From a virus (Duplodnaviria; Caudoviricetes): a DNA stretch of 54,707 nucleotides. How positions within the stretch are numbered: the stretch's first letter is position 1; the number at the start of each line of letters is the position of its first letter. The position numbers were made by a program, and so were the translations under genes. Of this stretch, positions 1 to 9,370 are shown in pieces. A model generated the notes under the pieces. It saw only the letters and a list, made by a program, of their open reading frames with translations, was not told the DNA's origin and searched no databases. The stretch spans positions 1 to 54,707 of the IMG/VR virus record IMGVR_UViG_3300049058_000028, one strand, 5' to 3'.

Positions 1-571
1 TGTCTGCGTCCGTGCTGGTCTTCAAGTTAGTTGCCCTTGGGCTAGACTTGGCTCCTAAAACAGCAGACTGACCATTGAGCTTTTCGGCAAGTGCTTTTCC
101 TTTGGGCAACCACGCAAGTACATCAAGAGGATTGATGAGCGACTTATCTTCGGCATATTGAGCCGGCGAAATGTCGCGTACTTCTTCGGGCAGGGCTTTC
201 AGTTCCACTTTGACAATTTCAGCAACACTAGATCTGTAAGAATCCAGCTCGCTCTGCAAATTGCCTAGTTTCGGTTCGAGTTCGTCAATCTTGGCTTTGC
301 GATCATCAGCCAGCTTTTGAAACTCGCCTTGCTTAGCAGCCTCAGCCTCAAGTCGTTCCTTGTCTTCTTTGTCCTTAGCCGCCTTCGCCTTTGCCTTTTC
401 CTCTTCACGAGTTTTCGCAGCGATGCGGTTAAGATCATCTTGCGTGAATTTCTTATCGGCGTCCTGACTTTTTGAGGTGTCAGTATCCTTGCCCTTAGCG
501 GAGTCGTCGGTGTTTTTGCCCTCTTCCTCAGAGGTTTTGTCTGACTTAGCGTCGGTGTTTTCTTCTGCCAT
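1..571 (-). CDS. Capsid scaffolding protein (runs off the window edge; absent from the ORF track)
   Basis: Hand translation from ATG 571: MAEENTDAKSDKTSEEEGK...DKKFTQDDLNRIAAKTREEEKAKAK...QGEFQKLA. Acidic disordered N-terminus, FTQDDLNRI motif and coiled coil are typical of scaffolds; lies downstream of portal. Confidence 0.8.
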   Translation of the reverse strand, partial: MAEENTDAKSDKTSEEEGKNTDDSAKGKDTDTSKSQDADKKFTQDDLNRIAAKTREEEKAKAKAAKDKEDKERLEAEAAKQGEFQKLADDRKAKIDELEPKLGNLQSELDSYRSSVAEIVKVELKALPEEVRDISPAQYAEDKSLINPLDVLAWLPKGKALAEKLNGQSAVLGAKSSPRATNLKTSTDAD

Positions 572-583
572 TACTTTCCCAAA

Positions 584-814
584 CTAATCGCCATTACAAA
601 CTTTCAACGAAGGTGTGTCACGAGAACATTGGTCAACGGCCTTTCGTGCCACCGCGTCACCAGCACGTTCAACTGAGCGGCCGGCCTCTCTGGCTACTGG
701 GCATGGTGCTTGTTTTAACGCTGCACCGGCCAGCCCCAAAGCATGCCCCGCAGAAACGGCAGCAGTTCGGGCCATGTTGGTGTAATGATCTGTAGCAGTC
801 TTTTTGCTCATCAT
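584..814 (-). CDS. Hypothetical Ala-rich protein
   Basis: GGGAG RBS, upstream promoter, fills the gap before the scaffold gene. Confidence 0.5.
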   Translation of the reverse strand: MMSKKTATDHYTNMARTAAVSAGHALGLAGAALKQAPCPVAREAGRSVERAGDAVARKAVDQCSRDTPSLKVCNGD

Positions 815-852
815 GTCTCCCTTGCGTTAGTACTGTTTCGGCACGTCGATTA

Positions 853-880
853 AGAATACACACTATCGGTCAGTTTGCAA
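853..880 (-). promoter_or_regulatory. Putative sigma70-like promoter
   Basis: TTGCAA-N16-TATTCT on the minus strand in an AT-rich gap. Confidence 0.45.
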
Positions 881-888
881 ACAAGTTT

Positions 889-1380
889 TTATTCACTCGC
901 CGCTGATTGCACTACCTCGTTATACAAGCCTAGGTCATAACACTTCTGCGTAAACTGCCTGCACATCTGTCCAAGCGCGTAGCAGAATCGTTCCTCGGGA
1001 CCGTCTAAATCCAATGTGTTTTTGCGTCCATTGTGCGTAAATTGCTTGTCCATTACTTGATGCAGCGGCAACTTGCGGCGATCAGCAAAGGCAAATGCTG
1101 CATGGGTAAATTCATGGGAGACTACCTCAATGCCAATCTCTGCTTCGTAAAAGTTTGCCTCTGCAAATAGACCTGTCTTGCGCATTGTTTGCTTCCTGCC
1201 TTTGCGCTTAGGTTGAACAACATACGACTCACGCCCGCCGCAACTGGCAACGGTCTTTGGATCAAGTGGCAGATGCCGATGCATGGCCTCGCGAGTGGGC
1301 CAGATATTTACTTCACAGTAGAGAAACGAGCGCTCAGGGTAGACGCGAAAGGAGATTGGCTTGATTAATTGTTTTGCCAT
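889..1380 (-). CDS. HExxH (zincin-like) small protein
   Basis: VVSHEFTHAA motif plus downstream EERFC; paralogous to the adjacent gene. Confidence 0.65.
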   Translation of the reverse strand: MAKQLIKPISFRVYPERSFLYCEVNIWPTREAMHRHLPLDPKTVASCGGRESYVVQPKRKGRKQTMRKTGLFAEANFYEAEIGIEVVSHEFTHAAFAFADRRKLPLHQVMDKQFTHNGRKNTLDLDGPEERFCYALGQMCRQFTQKCYDLGLYNEVVQSAASE

Positions 1381-1835
1381 GGAAACAGGCCCAACGCGTG
1401 AAACTTCATCATAATCGCTCGCGCCATCTTGCCCTGCACTTCAGCGATCACTTCCTCGTTATCCGTCTTGGGACGAGACTTTCCTTCGTAGGTTAACTTT
1501 GAGAAGTCCATTCCCAGCCTGCGAAACAGTGAGGCTACTGCGTGAAAGGTTTCATGGGTAACCGCTTCGATGCCAGCGTCGGCGCCGACCTTACGTTTGT
1601 GAAAGTGAATTTCACCAACGATGGGATTCTTCCGCTTACGGGTCTTATCAGCGTATTCATCGTAGGAAAAGGTATGTGCATCGCAAGAGCTTCTAGGCAG
1701 CCCCAATTTAGGGCGATTATCCAGCATCTCCTTCTTAGTGGCCCATACATAGACCATGAAGTACAGTGACGATCAGCCGTTCCGGCCATATGCAGCATAC
1801 ACGCGGAACCGAGCTATAGGCTTCGGTTTGCTCAT
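1365..1835 (-). pseudogene. HExxH paralogue with in-frame TGA at codon 21 (readthrough, nonsense allele or sequence error)
   Basis: ATG 1835 overlaps the portal stop (ATGA). MSKPKPIARFRVYAAYGRNG*SSLYFMVYVWATKKEM aligns with the neighbour's KPISFRVY...FLYCEVNIWPTREAM. Carries AVTHETFHAV. Confidence 0.65.
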
Positions 1836-3445
1836 TGAACCAGTTCACTATCGCCATTGGGCTTGGCGGGCGGCAATAGCGCTGCTGCCTTCCGGCGCTC
1901 GCTCTCACGCTCACTCAGTATCGTCGCACGTTCATCTTCCGGCACTCCAGCTACTTCCAGCACCTTCTCGTCATTGAATATCCCCTGTGCCTTCTTAGCG
2001 TTGTCCAGCCGCTTGCCTGTTAGCGTGATCGTGTCGTCTTCGGTCATGGGAATCAATGGACGCGGCATGATTGCCATGTTGAGTTCGCCACGTGCGTAGG
2101 AGTCGAGACCAAACGGGGAGAACTTAGCTTGTGCAGCAGTGCGCAGTCGCCAGCCTTCGCGGTTCTCCTGATAGCGAAACCCGCCAATTGCTGCTGCCAT
2201 CTGAAACAGCTTGATTGACTGCGTGTCATAGTTGCTGCTGACTTCCAAGACACGCGAGTAGACGTCGCCCATCATGCGAGCCGCTCCGGGCCCGGTAACC
2301 TCGCTCATTTTGCGTAGCTCCTGATACATGCCAAGCTCAGGAAAGTCGTGCTCAATCTCGGTCAGCAGATGATCCATTGCCGGAATGGCCTGCTCAGGTT
2401 GTAGATTGCCTGTTAGGGGCACCCATGATGCGCCTTTGGGTGCATGCATCAGTAGTCGGCGCAGCGTTCTGAGCGTGAACGTGGCAGCGGGCGAGGCAAA
2501 CTCGTCCACCGTCGCTGCTCGGGTAGCCTTGATTGCGTTAGCCTGCTCGCCAACCTTGCCTATCTTGCCATCGCTGCTGATTATGCCCGGTGAGTCAATC
2601 AGCAGGTCAATCTGATCGTTACTGTGCGAGGCTAGCCCATTCAGCTCGTCAATCTTACCGATGCTACCGCTAATTGCCGGAGCGCCGTACAAACCCTCGC
2701 CATCCACGCCCCAACCTTCGTCAATGTGTTTGCACCAGACAGCGGGTACGAAGCCGTAAGGGTTGTCCTCCTGCGAGGTTACCTCATCGTCACGGTACTC
2801 GGTGAATGCGTCCTGACTGACTTCCTTGCGATAGGTGTAAGTGTCGCCTGCTTCGTCAGTGGCTTGATACTCCAGCGCGTAGAACTTGACGTTGCCAACG
2901 TCATCCAGCACAAGGCTTGGACCGTCGTCTAGTGCCCTGTCGCCTAGCAGCCCCGGCCAGCGTACTGCTGTGGTGATCTTGCCGCGCGCTACGTTGTCCA
3001 CGACTTCGACTAAGCACGAGCCAGTTGCGCCACCGTAGCGCACCATCAGCTTGTTGTTGGACTGCCAGTTGGACCACTGCCAGAACTGCGCGATGGCAAG
3101 CTTGAGCGCCTCATCAGTGTCGTCCGAGAACGGGATGGCAATCGCTACCCCGTCAGGTAGTTTTGTTGCGTCTTCACTGAGCACGCCGGGATAGACCTGG
3201 GCCACGTAAAAGTTGACCAGACGGCGTGTGGGATTGTAAATCGAGCGAATGTTGCGGTAGAGGGTGTAGTTGCTGCGATAGTTGGCCCACGCGGCAAGGT
3301 TGTCGAACACCGAGTTATCGTAATAGGACCACAGCAGGTTGAGCCGCGCGCGAATGCTGTCGGCTGAGTCAGTCTCGCGAGGCCCACGCCAAGCGGCTAT
3401 TGCTGCCCGTGCTGCCATGCTGAGCCTGTTCCAGATAGTTGCCAC
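1832..3445 (-). CDS. Portal protein
   Basis: 537 aa, downstream of TerL; NPYGFVPAV motif and following helical region typical of SPP1-like portals. Confidence 0.75.
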   Translation of the reverse strand: MATIWNRLSMAARAAIAAWRGPRETDSADSIRARLNLLWSYYDNSVFDNLAAWANYRSNYTLYRNIRSIYNPTRRLVNFYVAQVYPGVLSEDATKLPDGVAIAIPFSDDTDEALKLAIAQFWQWSNWQSNNKLMVRYGGATGSCLVEVVDNVARGKITTAVRWPGLLGDRALDDGPSLVLDDVGNVKFYALEYQATDEAGDTYTYRKEVSQDAFTEYRDDEVTSQEDNPYGFVPAVWCKHIDEGWGVDGEGLYGAPAISGSIGKIDELNGLASHSNDQIDLLIDSPGIISSDGKIGKVGEQANAIKATRAATVDEFASPAATFTLRTLRRLLMHAPKGASWVPLTGNLQPEQAIPAMDHLLTEIEHDFPELGMYQELRKMSEVTGPGAARMMGDVYSRVLEVSSNYDTQSIKLFQMAAAIGGFRYQENREGWRLRTAAQAKFSPFGLDSYARGELNMAIMPRPLIPMTEDDTITLTGKRLDNAKKAQGIFNDEKVLEVAGVPEDERATILSERESERRKAAALLPPAKPNGDSELVQ

Positions 3446-3448
3446 ACG

Positions 3449-3706
3449 CTAAGTCTCGTAAACCTCTTTGAACTCTCCTAACGATAGTGAGTCGTCAATG
3501 ATGACGGGCACCGCGCCTAGACGAACTTCAAACACGGCGCGAGTTGGCCCATCCGCCACTGGGAACAACGACATCGTGACGCGGCTGGCTCTAACGGCCT
3601 TTAGCGGTGGGCCGTACTTGGCTTTAATGCCCTGAGAGATGTCAGCAAATTCAGCCGGCGATAACTCGTACTGCTGTGTACCGTTGAATACCGTCATGTT
3701 CATCAT
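3449..3706 (-). CDS. Hypothetical protein between TerL and portal
   Basis: ATGA coupling to TerL. Confidence 0.6.
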   Translation of the reverse strand: MMNMTVFNGTQQYELSPAEFADISQGIKAKYGPPLKAVRASRVTMSLFPVADGPTRAVFEVRLGAVPVIIDDSLSLGEFKEVYET

Positions 3707-5136
3707 CGTCCTCGATAGTCGTCAATGTCCAGTGCTACATCTTGGTCCAAGTCCTCAATCTCCTTAATCGACGCTGCCCGGTATGCCAGCGCTCCCGCAA
3801 CGAATGAATCGGGCGGATGACCGGACCCGCCCAAATCATCATTAGTGCAATACCGATGCTCACCTTCGCAGTATCGTATCTTGGGAGACTTTATAACGCC
3901 ACCTTCAAGTGCCGCAATGTACGCTGTGAACACGTCGCCCCTTCGTTGTCCCGTAAGGATTACGCCCTCTGCTATCACTGACTTGTAGTCGTCTGGTGCG
4001 TCACCAATCCCCGTCGCGTCATGACACGCTGGTCCGTTGTATTTTGTAACCTGAGCATCAAACTTTGCCACCATCATCGGCCACGGCAGCCTGCCTGTCC
4101 GAGTCCAGCAAACCCTGATCATTGGCCGGGTATCCGTTCTGAGTGTGTCAATGATCGTGAAGTTCTTTTTCTTTGCCCAATCGCAGCCCGTCGCGTAAGA
4201 TGCTCCTGGAACTGGTTCCTCAATAGTCACAGTCTCACCTAGTGTGCCAGGGAAGACGCCCAGCTCCTTATCGAAGCATAGATCAACCTTCTCTGGCAGA
4301 ATTGCTCTGTCTTCAGGACTGGGTTCTTGAAGGTCATATTCAGCCTTCCACATGGATGCTGTGACTTCGCCCCTTTTGCTTTCGATCTCCTCTTGGGTAA
4401 GCCATCCATTAGGTTCGGCTGATGTTTCCTTGTAGCACCACTCGTAAACAGGCCAGCCATTTTCCTCTGCCCGTTTGAGCACTTCAGTAAAAGTTGCATC
4501 AGGATAGTGATGCGTTGAACTCATTACCGTCTGCTTTGCAATGCCACGCGCGCCCATAGGCTGACCCATTGCGGCATCAAGGATAAGCAACTCCATTTCG
4601 TCAACCTCATCAAGTCGCATACGCTGGGGATGTGGACCTCGCGCGGACTTGGAAGACGCCATCAGTGCGGTGACACGTCCGCCACTCGAATAAAGCGTTC
4701 GTCTTTGGGTGTTTTCTTCATCACCTGAGAGTTTTTGAAGATACTCCAGTACTCTCAACGCCTGCTCACCCGAACCGCCTAAAATCGTCACATCAGCAGC
4801 AAGTGTTACTGCCTCACAGTGACCAAGTAGCGCCAGTAAATACGACTTGCCCCCCAAGCCGCGACTTGCTTTCCAAACTGTCACACCTGAGCGAGCAAAG
4901 TAAGCGTCAGCAAAAGCTCTAAATGGCGTTGCGTGTTCTGGGCATACTTGAGTATCAGGAAGACGAACCGCAAACCGTTCAAACAGAAAGCGCTTTAACT
5001 CTTCGTCATTTGTGGGAAGTGGGAGAGCTTGGTGAGAATCGGATATTTCGATGTATCCCTGGTCCGGATCCTCAAGGTAGGCCACGGCATTGAAAGCGGC
5101 TCCAATTCGGCGGGCTATCTCCTGCTGGTTTTCCAT
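3703..5136 (-). CDS. terL: Terminase large subunit
   Basis: Walker A variant SRGLGGKS, Walker B LDEVDE, coupling motif MSST, RNase H-fold acidic residues GCDWAKK, DATGIG and HPPDSF. Confidence 0.9.
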   Translation of the reverse strand: MENQQEIARRIGAAFNAVAYLEDPDQGYIEISDSHQALPLPTNDEELKRFLFERFAVRLPDTQVCPEHATPFRAFADAYFARSGVTVWKASRGLGGKSYLLALLGHCEAVTLAADVTILGGSGEQALRVLEYLQKLSGDEENTQRRTLYSSGGRVTALMASSKSARGPHPQRMRLDEVDEMELLILDAAMGQPMGARGIAKQTVMSSTHHYPDATFTEVLKRAEENGWPVYEWCYKETSAEPNGWLTQEEIESKRGEVTASMWKAEYDLQEPSPEDRAILPEKVDLCFDKELGVFPGTLGETVTIEEPVPGASYATGCDWAKKKNFTIIDTLRTDTRPMIRVCWTRTGRLPWPMMVAKFDAQVTKYNGPACHDATGIGDAPDDYKSVIAEGVILTGQRRGDVFTAYIAALEGGVIKSPKIRYCEGEHRYCTNDDLGGSGHPPDSFVAGALAYRAASIKEIEDLDQDVALDIDDYRGR

Positions 5137-5142
5137 CTGGGA

Positions 5143-5613
5143 TTAGTGTAGCAACTCAGAGATTTGCGGGATGTGGGGTTTCAATAAGTCAATCGCGCCC
5201 GAACGATCCACGCCGGCCTCTTTCATGGTCTGCTCAACGGCAATCTCAGCCCTCTTTCGTGCATCTTTAATCTCAACATCAAAGCGTTCGCGATAACGTT
5301 CCGGTCGACGTGCCTTGAGCGCCACGATTAACAAAACGTCGGACTTCTCTTGGACATGCCCGACGATCGCCCCCTTGTAGAAAACCGGCTTTTTGGTGCC
5401 CACAACAGAGCGCCTTCTGGCCTCGTCTTCATAGACATCAGTTCCGGACTCGTACGCGTCTTCCCATGCGATAGCGAAGTCCTTGTCGGATTGGCGCAGG
5501 GCATAAACCGCTTGGCGGCTCACGCCTATCTTCCCCGCCGAAGCGCTTACGCTCCATCCTTCTCGAAGATGCGCCAGAAATCTCTCTCTTTTTATTGATG
5601 TCAACTTTGACAA
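5143..5613 (-). CDS. terS: Terminase small subunit
   Basis: HTH (FLAHLREGWSVSASAGKIGVSRQAVY), then EDEARRR..G...PVFYKG...SDVLLIVALKARRPERYRER; directly upstream of TerL. TTG start at 5613 inferred from RBS. Confidence 0.85.
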   Translation of the reverse strand: MSKLTSIKRERFLAHLREGWSVSASAGKIGVSRQAVYALRQSDKDFAIAWEDAYESGTDVYEDEARRRSVVGTKKPVFYKGAIVGHVQEKSDVLLIVALKARRPERYRERFDVEIKDARKRAEIAVEQTMKEAGVDRSGAIDLLKPHIPQISELLH

Positions 5614-5639
5614 GCACGCCCACCTACGGCACTGAGGAT

Positions 5640-6071
5640 TTAGTGACACCAGTCATTTTGACAACTAACCTTGTAATCATCGGACTGAGCACGGCAATCC
5701 ACATCGCCTTCGTCTCCGATGACATCGACGCATTGCCGCCACAGCGCGTACGCATTGTCCTCGCAAGCCTGACAGTTAACGGTGCCCTCAAATTCATCAC
5801 TCACAGAGGTTGTTAGATTGGAGGCAACAAGCATTTCGGCTCGCGAATCACGACAACTACCTCCGTGGCACATGATCAAGCAACACTCGTATTCAGACTG
5901 ACAAATGGACAGGCATTCGGCGTTTCCGTTGCACGCGGTTTGGCACGCATTGCGATCTGTGATGCAGTGCGCGCAGCCCGTAGCACCAACAGTGTTTGCG
6001 GTGTGGACTCCAATTGGAGCAAGGAGTACAACCAGAGCAAGGAGCATTAAAGCAAGACTTCGTTTAACCAT
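5640..6071 (-). CDS. Secreted cysteine-rich protein
   Basis: Sec-type signal peptide; 16 Cys in two clusters (10+6); GGGAG RBS. Confidence 0.75.
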   Translation of the reverse strand: MVKRSLALMLLALVVLLAPIGVHTANTVGATGCAHCITDRNACQTACNGNAECLSICQSEYECCLIMCHGGSCRDSRAEMLVASNLTTSVSDEFEGTVNCQACEDNAYALWRQCVDVIGDEGDVDCRAQSDDYKVSCQNDWCH

Positions 6072-6101
6072 TTTTCATTCTCCCTTATCATCAAGAGTTA
6101 A

Positions 6102-8255
6102 CTACTTCACGTTGACCATTACGGTCTCAGATCCACATGGACCCGAAACAGTAACATTTCCTGACTTCTTCTTAGTCTGCAACTGAAACTCTGCAATCAT
6201 ACTCGTTGAACCAGGAGTAACGGGTTTCGACGCGGGGCTCACGATGATTTGACCCGTTGCAGACGTCACCCTGATTGTTGATGGTTCTGTTAATCCAGAA
6301 AGGTTTACAACCAGTTTGCCTGAGCCCCACTGGCTCAAGACTGGTGGAATGGTGCTAACAGTCATTGTGCAAGGTACTGGCACGGGCGTGGGCGTAGGCT
6401 CTGGTGTTGGTTGTGGCGAAGGCGATATTCCGGGCTCGGTCTGCGTCAACCGCTCCCAAACACTACCAGCCCACTTGTACCAAAAACCGTCAGTGCCTAA
6501 GACGTATACAGCTCCCGACTGGTATTTATAGATCGATCCCTCCCCGCCCCCCATTTGCACGCCCTCACGGAGCGTCTGCCGTGCGGTGCCAATCGTCCAA
6601 GTACCTCGTGCGGCATCAACTATGGTGGTTGCCTTGGTACCGTCAGCGCTCGGCTCAGGAAGTGGACCCGGAGTCGGCGCGGGTGTCGGAACGGGCGTAG
6701 GAGTTGGTGTAGGTATAGGCGACGGAGCAGGGGCACTTGAACCCAAAGCCGCAATTATTGCCGCGAAATCTGCTCCTTTACCTGCATAAGCTGGCGCTAC
6801 CTCAAACTTTGTGAAGTCGCTGAACACCTCTGCAAGTGTTTGGGGGAATATGTTTCCCTCTGGATATAGAGACTCGACATTACCCGGTGCGTTCACTTCC
6901 TTCGCCATCACATTGTCAGTGATTACACCACTAGGGAAGTAGAAACTGATGGCCGGATTGCCAATGCCAACGCCGCTGCCGAAGATGCCGTATTCATTAT
7001 GCCGGGAGATGTTGTTGCGATAAACGAATCGGGTGTTGGAAGCATAGTCTGTGGCGATAATGTGATTTGTCTGAATTGCCGTGTTGCGCTCAATGGTGAC
7101 ATCTTCGGTCTTGTTAATGACGGTCGCGAAAGCTCCGTTACTTGCAAAGCGCGAACCGTCAATTTCCCAAATATTGTTTACTACCCGCACACGCCGTAAT
7201 CGCGTTTCAGTTGGCGCCGGTGGCTCATCCGCCCCAAGGAGAATCACTCCTGATCCAATTTTGCGCACGATATTATTGCTGAATGTGACATCTTCTATCA
7301 CCGCCCACACACCTGAGTCGCTCGGTCGCGGGGTAAAGGCGATAGCTCGGCCGGCTTGCGCGTCGGTCCAGTTTCCCTCAAACACGTTGCCGTCAATCAC
7401 TACGTTGCGCGCGTTCTTTAACTCGAACAGGTTCTTTACTGTCCAGTGAATTCCCGCATACGACGGATCATTCGCGTACCAAGACAAGGGTTTCACTACG
7501 TAGTTGCGCCGAAACTGGATTCCTGTAGGCACAAGGTTGGGCACTGTCGCCTCTGCCCCGCCGAACATGACATTCTCACCGGCGCCTTCCAAGTAATTGC
7601 CGATGATGTTGTATGGCCCCGGCCCATTCCACCCGCCAATCGCCTGAGTGTCATACCCTCGCCCATGAATATCAGTGATCCATGAGTTTGTAATGTCGGT
7701 GGATGCGGAATTGAGCGCTACCCCGCGCTGAACTTCCTGTGTCGTACCGGCATGAATCCATGACTTGTCAATTACCAAGTCGTGAGGAACTTCATCAACT
7801 GTATCTTGCGGTGCACCGTGCGTTCCGAACTCAACGATCCGTGTTGCTTGACCATCAACTGGGGCAAGGTCTAATCCAAGTAGCTTGTAGTGATGCGCAC
7901 CGGGTGCGGTTTGAAACGTCGGCTCTGTGCTGAAAAACGGTCTAATCCGAGCCATCAAGGCCGCAACCCCGGCCGTTGGGCGTTGAGAGTAGAAGTCCCT
8001 GGTTGGTATGTCTGCGTAGCGAGATGATTCGATGGTAATGTAATTTGTGCCAGACTTCACTGGCAGGACACACGAGCAAGAGTAAAGCCCGCCAGCTTCC
8101 AGAATGATGCGATCACCTGATTGCGCCTTGTTGATTGCTTCTTGCAGATTGCCGCCTGATGCGACCCTGATCTCAGACGCAGAGACTGGAAACGCAAGAA
8201 AAACGAGTATTACAAGAGAAGGAATCGCTGTGATTAGTTTGTGAAAAGTTGTCAC
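6102..8255 (-). CDS. Secreted right-handed beta-helix (pectate-lyase-like) protein with Pro/Thr linkers and C-terminal accessory domains
   Basis: Signal peptide; GGNLQEAINKAQSGDRIILEAG start; Asn-ladder repeats (DGNVFEGNW, FSNNIVR, ERNT); PTPTPTP linkers; Trp-rich putative sugar-binding domain. Confidence 0.85.
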   Translation of the reverse strand: MTTFHKLITAIPSLVILVFLAFPVSASEIRVASGGNLQEAINKAQSGDRIILEAGGLYSCSCVLPVKSGTNYITIESSRYADIPTRDFYSQRPTAGVAALMARIRPFFSTEPTFQTAPGAHHYKLLGLDLAPVDGQATRIVEFGTHGAPQDTVDEVPHDLVIDKSWIHAGTTQEVQRGVALNSASTDITNSWITDIHGRGYDTQAIGGWNGPGPYNIIGNYLEGAGENVMFGGAEATVPNLVPTGIQFRRNYVVKPLSWYANDPSYAGIHWTVKNLFELKNARNVVIDGNVFEGNWTDAQAGRAIAFTPRPSDSGVWAVIEDVTFSNNIVRKIGSGVILLGADEPPAPTETRLRRVRVVNNIWEIDGSRFASNGAFATVINKTEDVTIERNTAIQTNHIIATDYASNTRFVYRNNISRHNEYGIFGSGVGIGNPAISFYFPSGVITDNVMAKEVNAPGNVESLYPEGNIFPQTLAEVFSDFTKFEVAPAYAGKGADFAAIIAALGSSAPAPSPIPTPTPTPVPTPAPTPGPLPEPSADGTKATTIVDAARGTWTIGTARQTLREGVQMGGGEGSIYKYQSGAVYVLGTDGFWYKWAGSVWERLTQTEPGISPSPQPTPEPTPTPVPVPCTMTVSTIPPVLSQWGSGKLVVNLSGLTEPSTIRVTSATGQIIVSPASKPVTPGSTSMIAEFQLQTKKKSGNVTVSGPCGSETVMVNVK

Positions 8256-8263
8256 GGGGCTGG

Positions 8264-8292
8264 ATTGTATTACTTTGTTGCAATTCTGTCTA
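8264..8292 (-). promoter_or_regulatory. Sigma70-like promoter, near-leaderless
   Basis: TAGACA-N17-TACAAT, 8 nt before the GTG at 8255. Confidence 0.6.
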
Positions 8293-8425
8293 AAGATTTG
8301 TTGCCCGGACGCAACTTACGTTCGGCTAGCACTGCGCGGGCTTTAACTAGGTTAGCTAACATCCGTTTGCGCATCTTCGGATTGGCCCACAATCGGTTCA
8401 TTCGTTCGGTGTAAGCTCGGTGCAT
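8270..8425 (-). CDS. Small basic protein (51 aa)
   Basis: GGAGG RBS; MHRAYTERMNRLWANPKMRKRMLANLVKARAVLAERK...; below the ORF-track size cutoff. Confidence 0.45.
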   Translation of the reverse strand: MHRAYTERMNRLWANPKMRKRMLANLVKARAVLAERKLRPGNKSLDRIATK

Positions 8426-8460
8426 TTAATTAATCCCTCCACGCCCCGTTGTGGCCTATT

Positions 8461-8871
8461 TCATTCTGACGCTCTGGGCTTATCAACCTCGCTGTAGCTT
8501 ATCCCATGCGCGTCCAGTAGTCCCTTAAGTCGTTTCATCTGATATTCATGCAACGTGAGGCGAGTCGCCTGTTGGGCGTTCAATCTGCGCTCATCTTCCA
8601 GGTCCAACATTACATCCGTAGCCTTGCGTTCCCAATGCTCACACTGGCTACGTAGCCTCTCAGCCCCGGCAATTGCCTGTGTTGCAGCCTGAATCAACGA
8701 TACGTCAGTGCTCACACTAACCTGTCTTGTCTCAGCATTGAGCTTGGCGATTTCAGCAGGCTCCCTGCGTCGGCGTGTCAGCCAGCCGCCTATCCATCCA
8801 AGGGATGATGCAAGCACAAACCAGAACACTTGTACCAGGCTGTGAGGAATGACAGGGGATTCGAGTTGCAT
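8461..8871 (-). CDS. Single-TM coiled-coil membrane protein (holin or lysis-like)
   Basis: N-terminal TM followed by RRRR, then coiled coil. Confidence 0.6.
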   Translation of the reverse strand: MQLESPVIPHSLVQVFWFVLASSLGWIGGWLTRRRREPAEIAKLNAETRQVSVSTDVSLIQAATQAIAGAERLRSQCEHWERKATDVMLDLEDERRLNAQQATRLTLHEYQMKRLKGLLDAHGISYSEVDKPRASE

Positions 8872-8878
8872 GGGCGGA

Positions 8879-9370
8879 TCATCGAAGTACCTGATTCAAT
8901 TGCTGTAATGCTTGGGCCAATTCTTGGTCTTTCCGCTCGTCTTCCTTGCGATCCTTAATAACCAGCGACATAGACCGCTTAGCCCAACGTCGCGGATTCT
9001 TGGACCGAGGGAAGATCGGGGTGCCGTACTCTGCGGACTCCTTCGGCGCGCAACGATTATGGGCCACGGGTTTGTAGCCGTCAAACTCATCAATGCAAGC
9101 CAAATCTGCCTGCTCGGGAGTATCGTAGACGCCCCCGTTCTCAAACCATGAGAAAATTGTGGTCACGCGCCCTTTGTCATCGGCAGTGACGCTCGCCTGT
9201 TTGGATCGCGGAATGCGAAAGTACTTAAAAGAGAAGCGCTGAAAAGAGACGTAGACGTGATCATAGAATGCATGCACCCACCACGGCTCTTGTGGGTCTG
9301 GACGATCCTTCCACTGAATGAGCAGATATTGATCATCCGTGATTGGTTGGGATCGTCGCTCCGGTTGCAT
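8879..9370 (-). CDS. Hypothetical protein
   Basis: TAATG coupling to the upstream peptide; 163 aa. Confidence 0.65.
   Translation of the reverse strand: MQPERRSQPITDDQYLLIQWKDRPDPQEPWWVHAFYDHVYVSFQRFSFKYFRIPRSKQASVTADDKGRVTTIFSWFENGGVYDTPEQADLACIDEFDGYKPVAHNRCAPKESAEYGTPIFPRSKNPRRWAKRSMSLVIKDRKEDERKDQELAQALQQLNQVLR

Noticed and set aside
6385-6735. Repetitive DNA in the beta-helix gene
   Set aside because: It only encodes Pro/Thr linkers.
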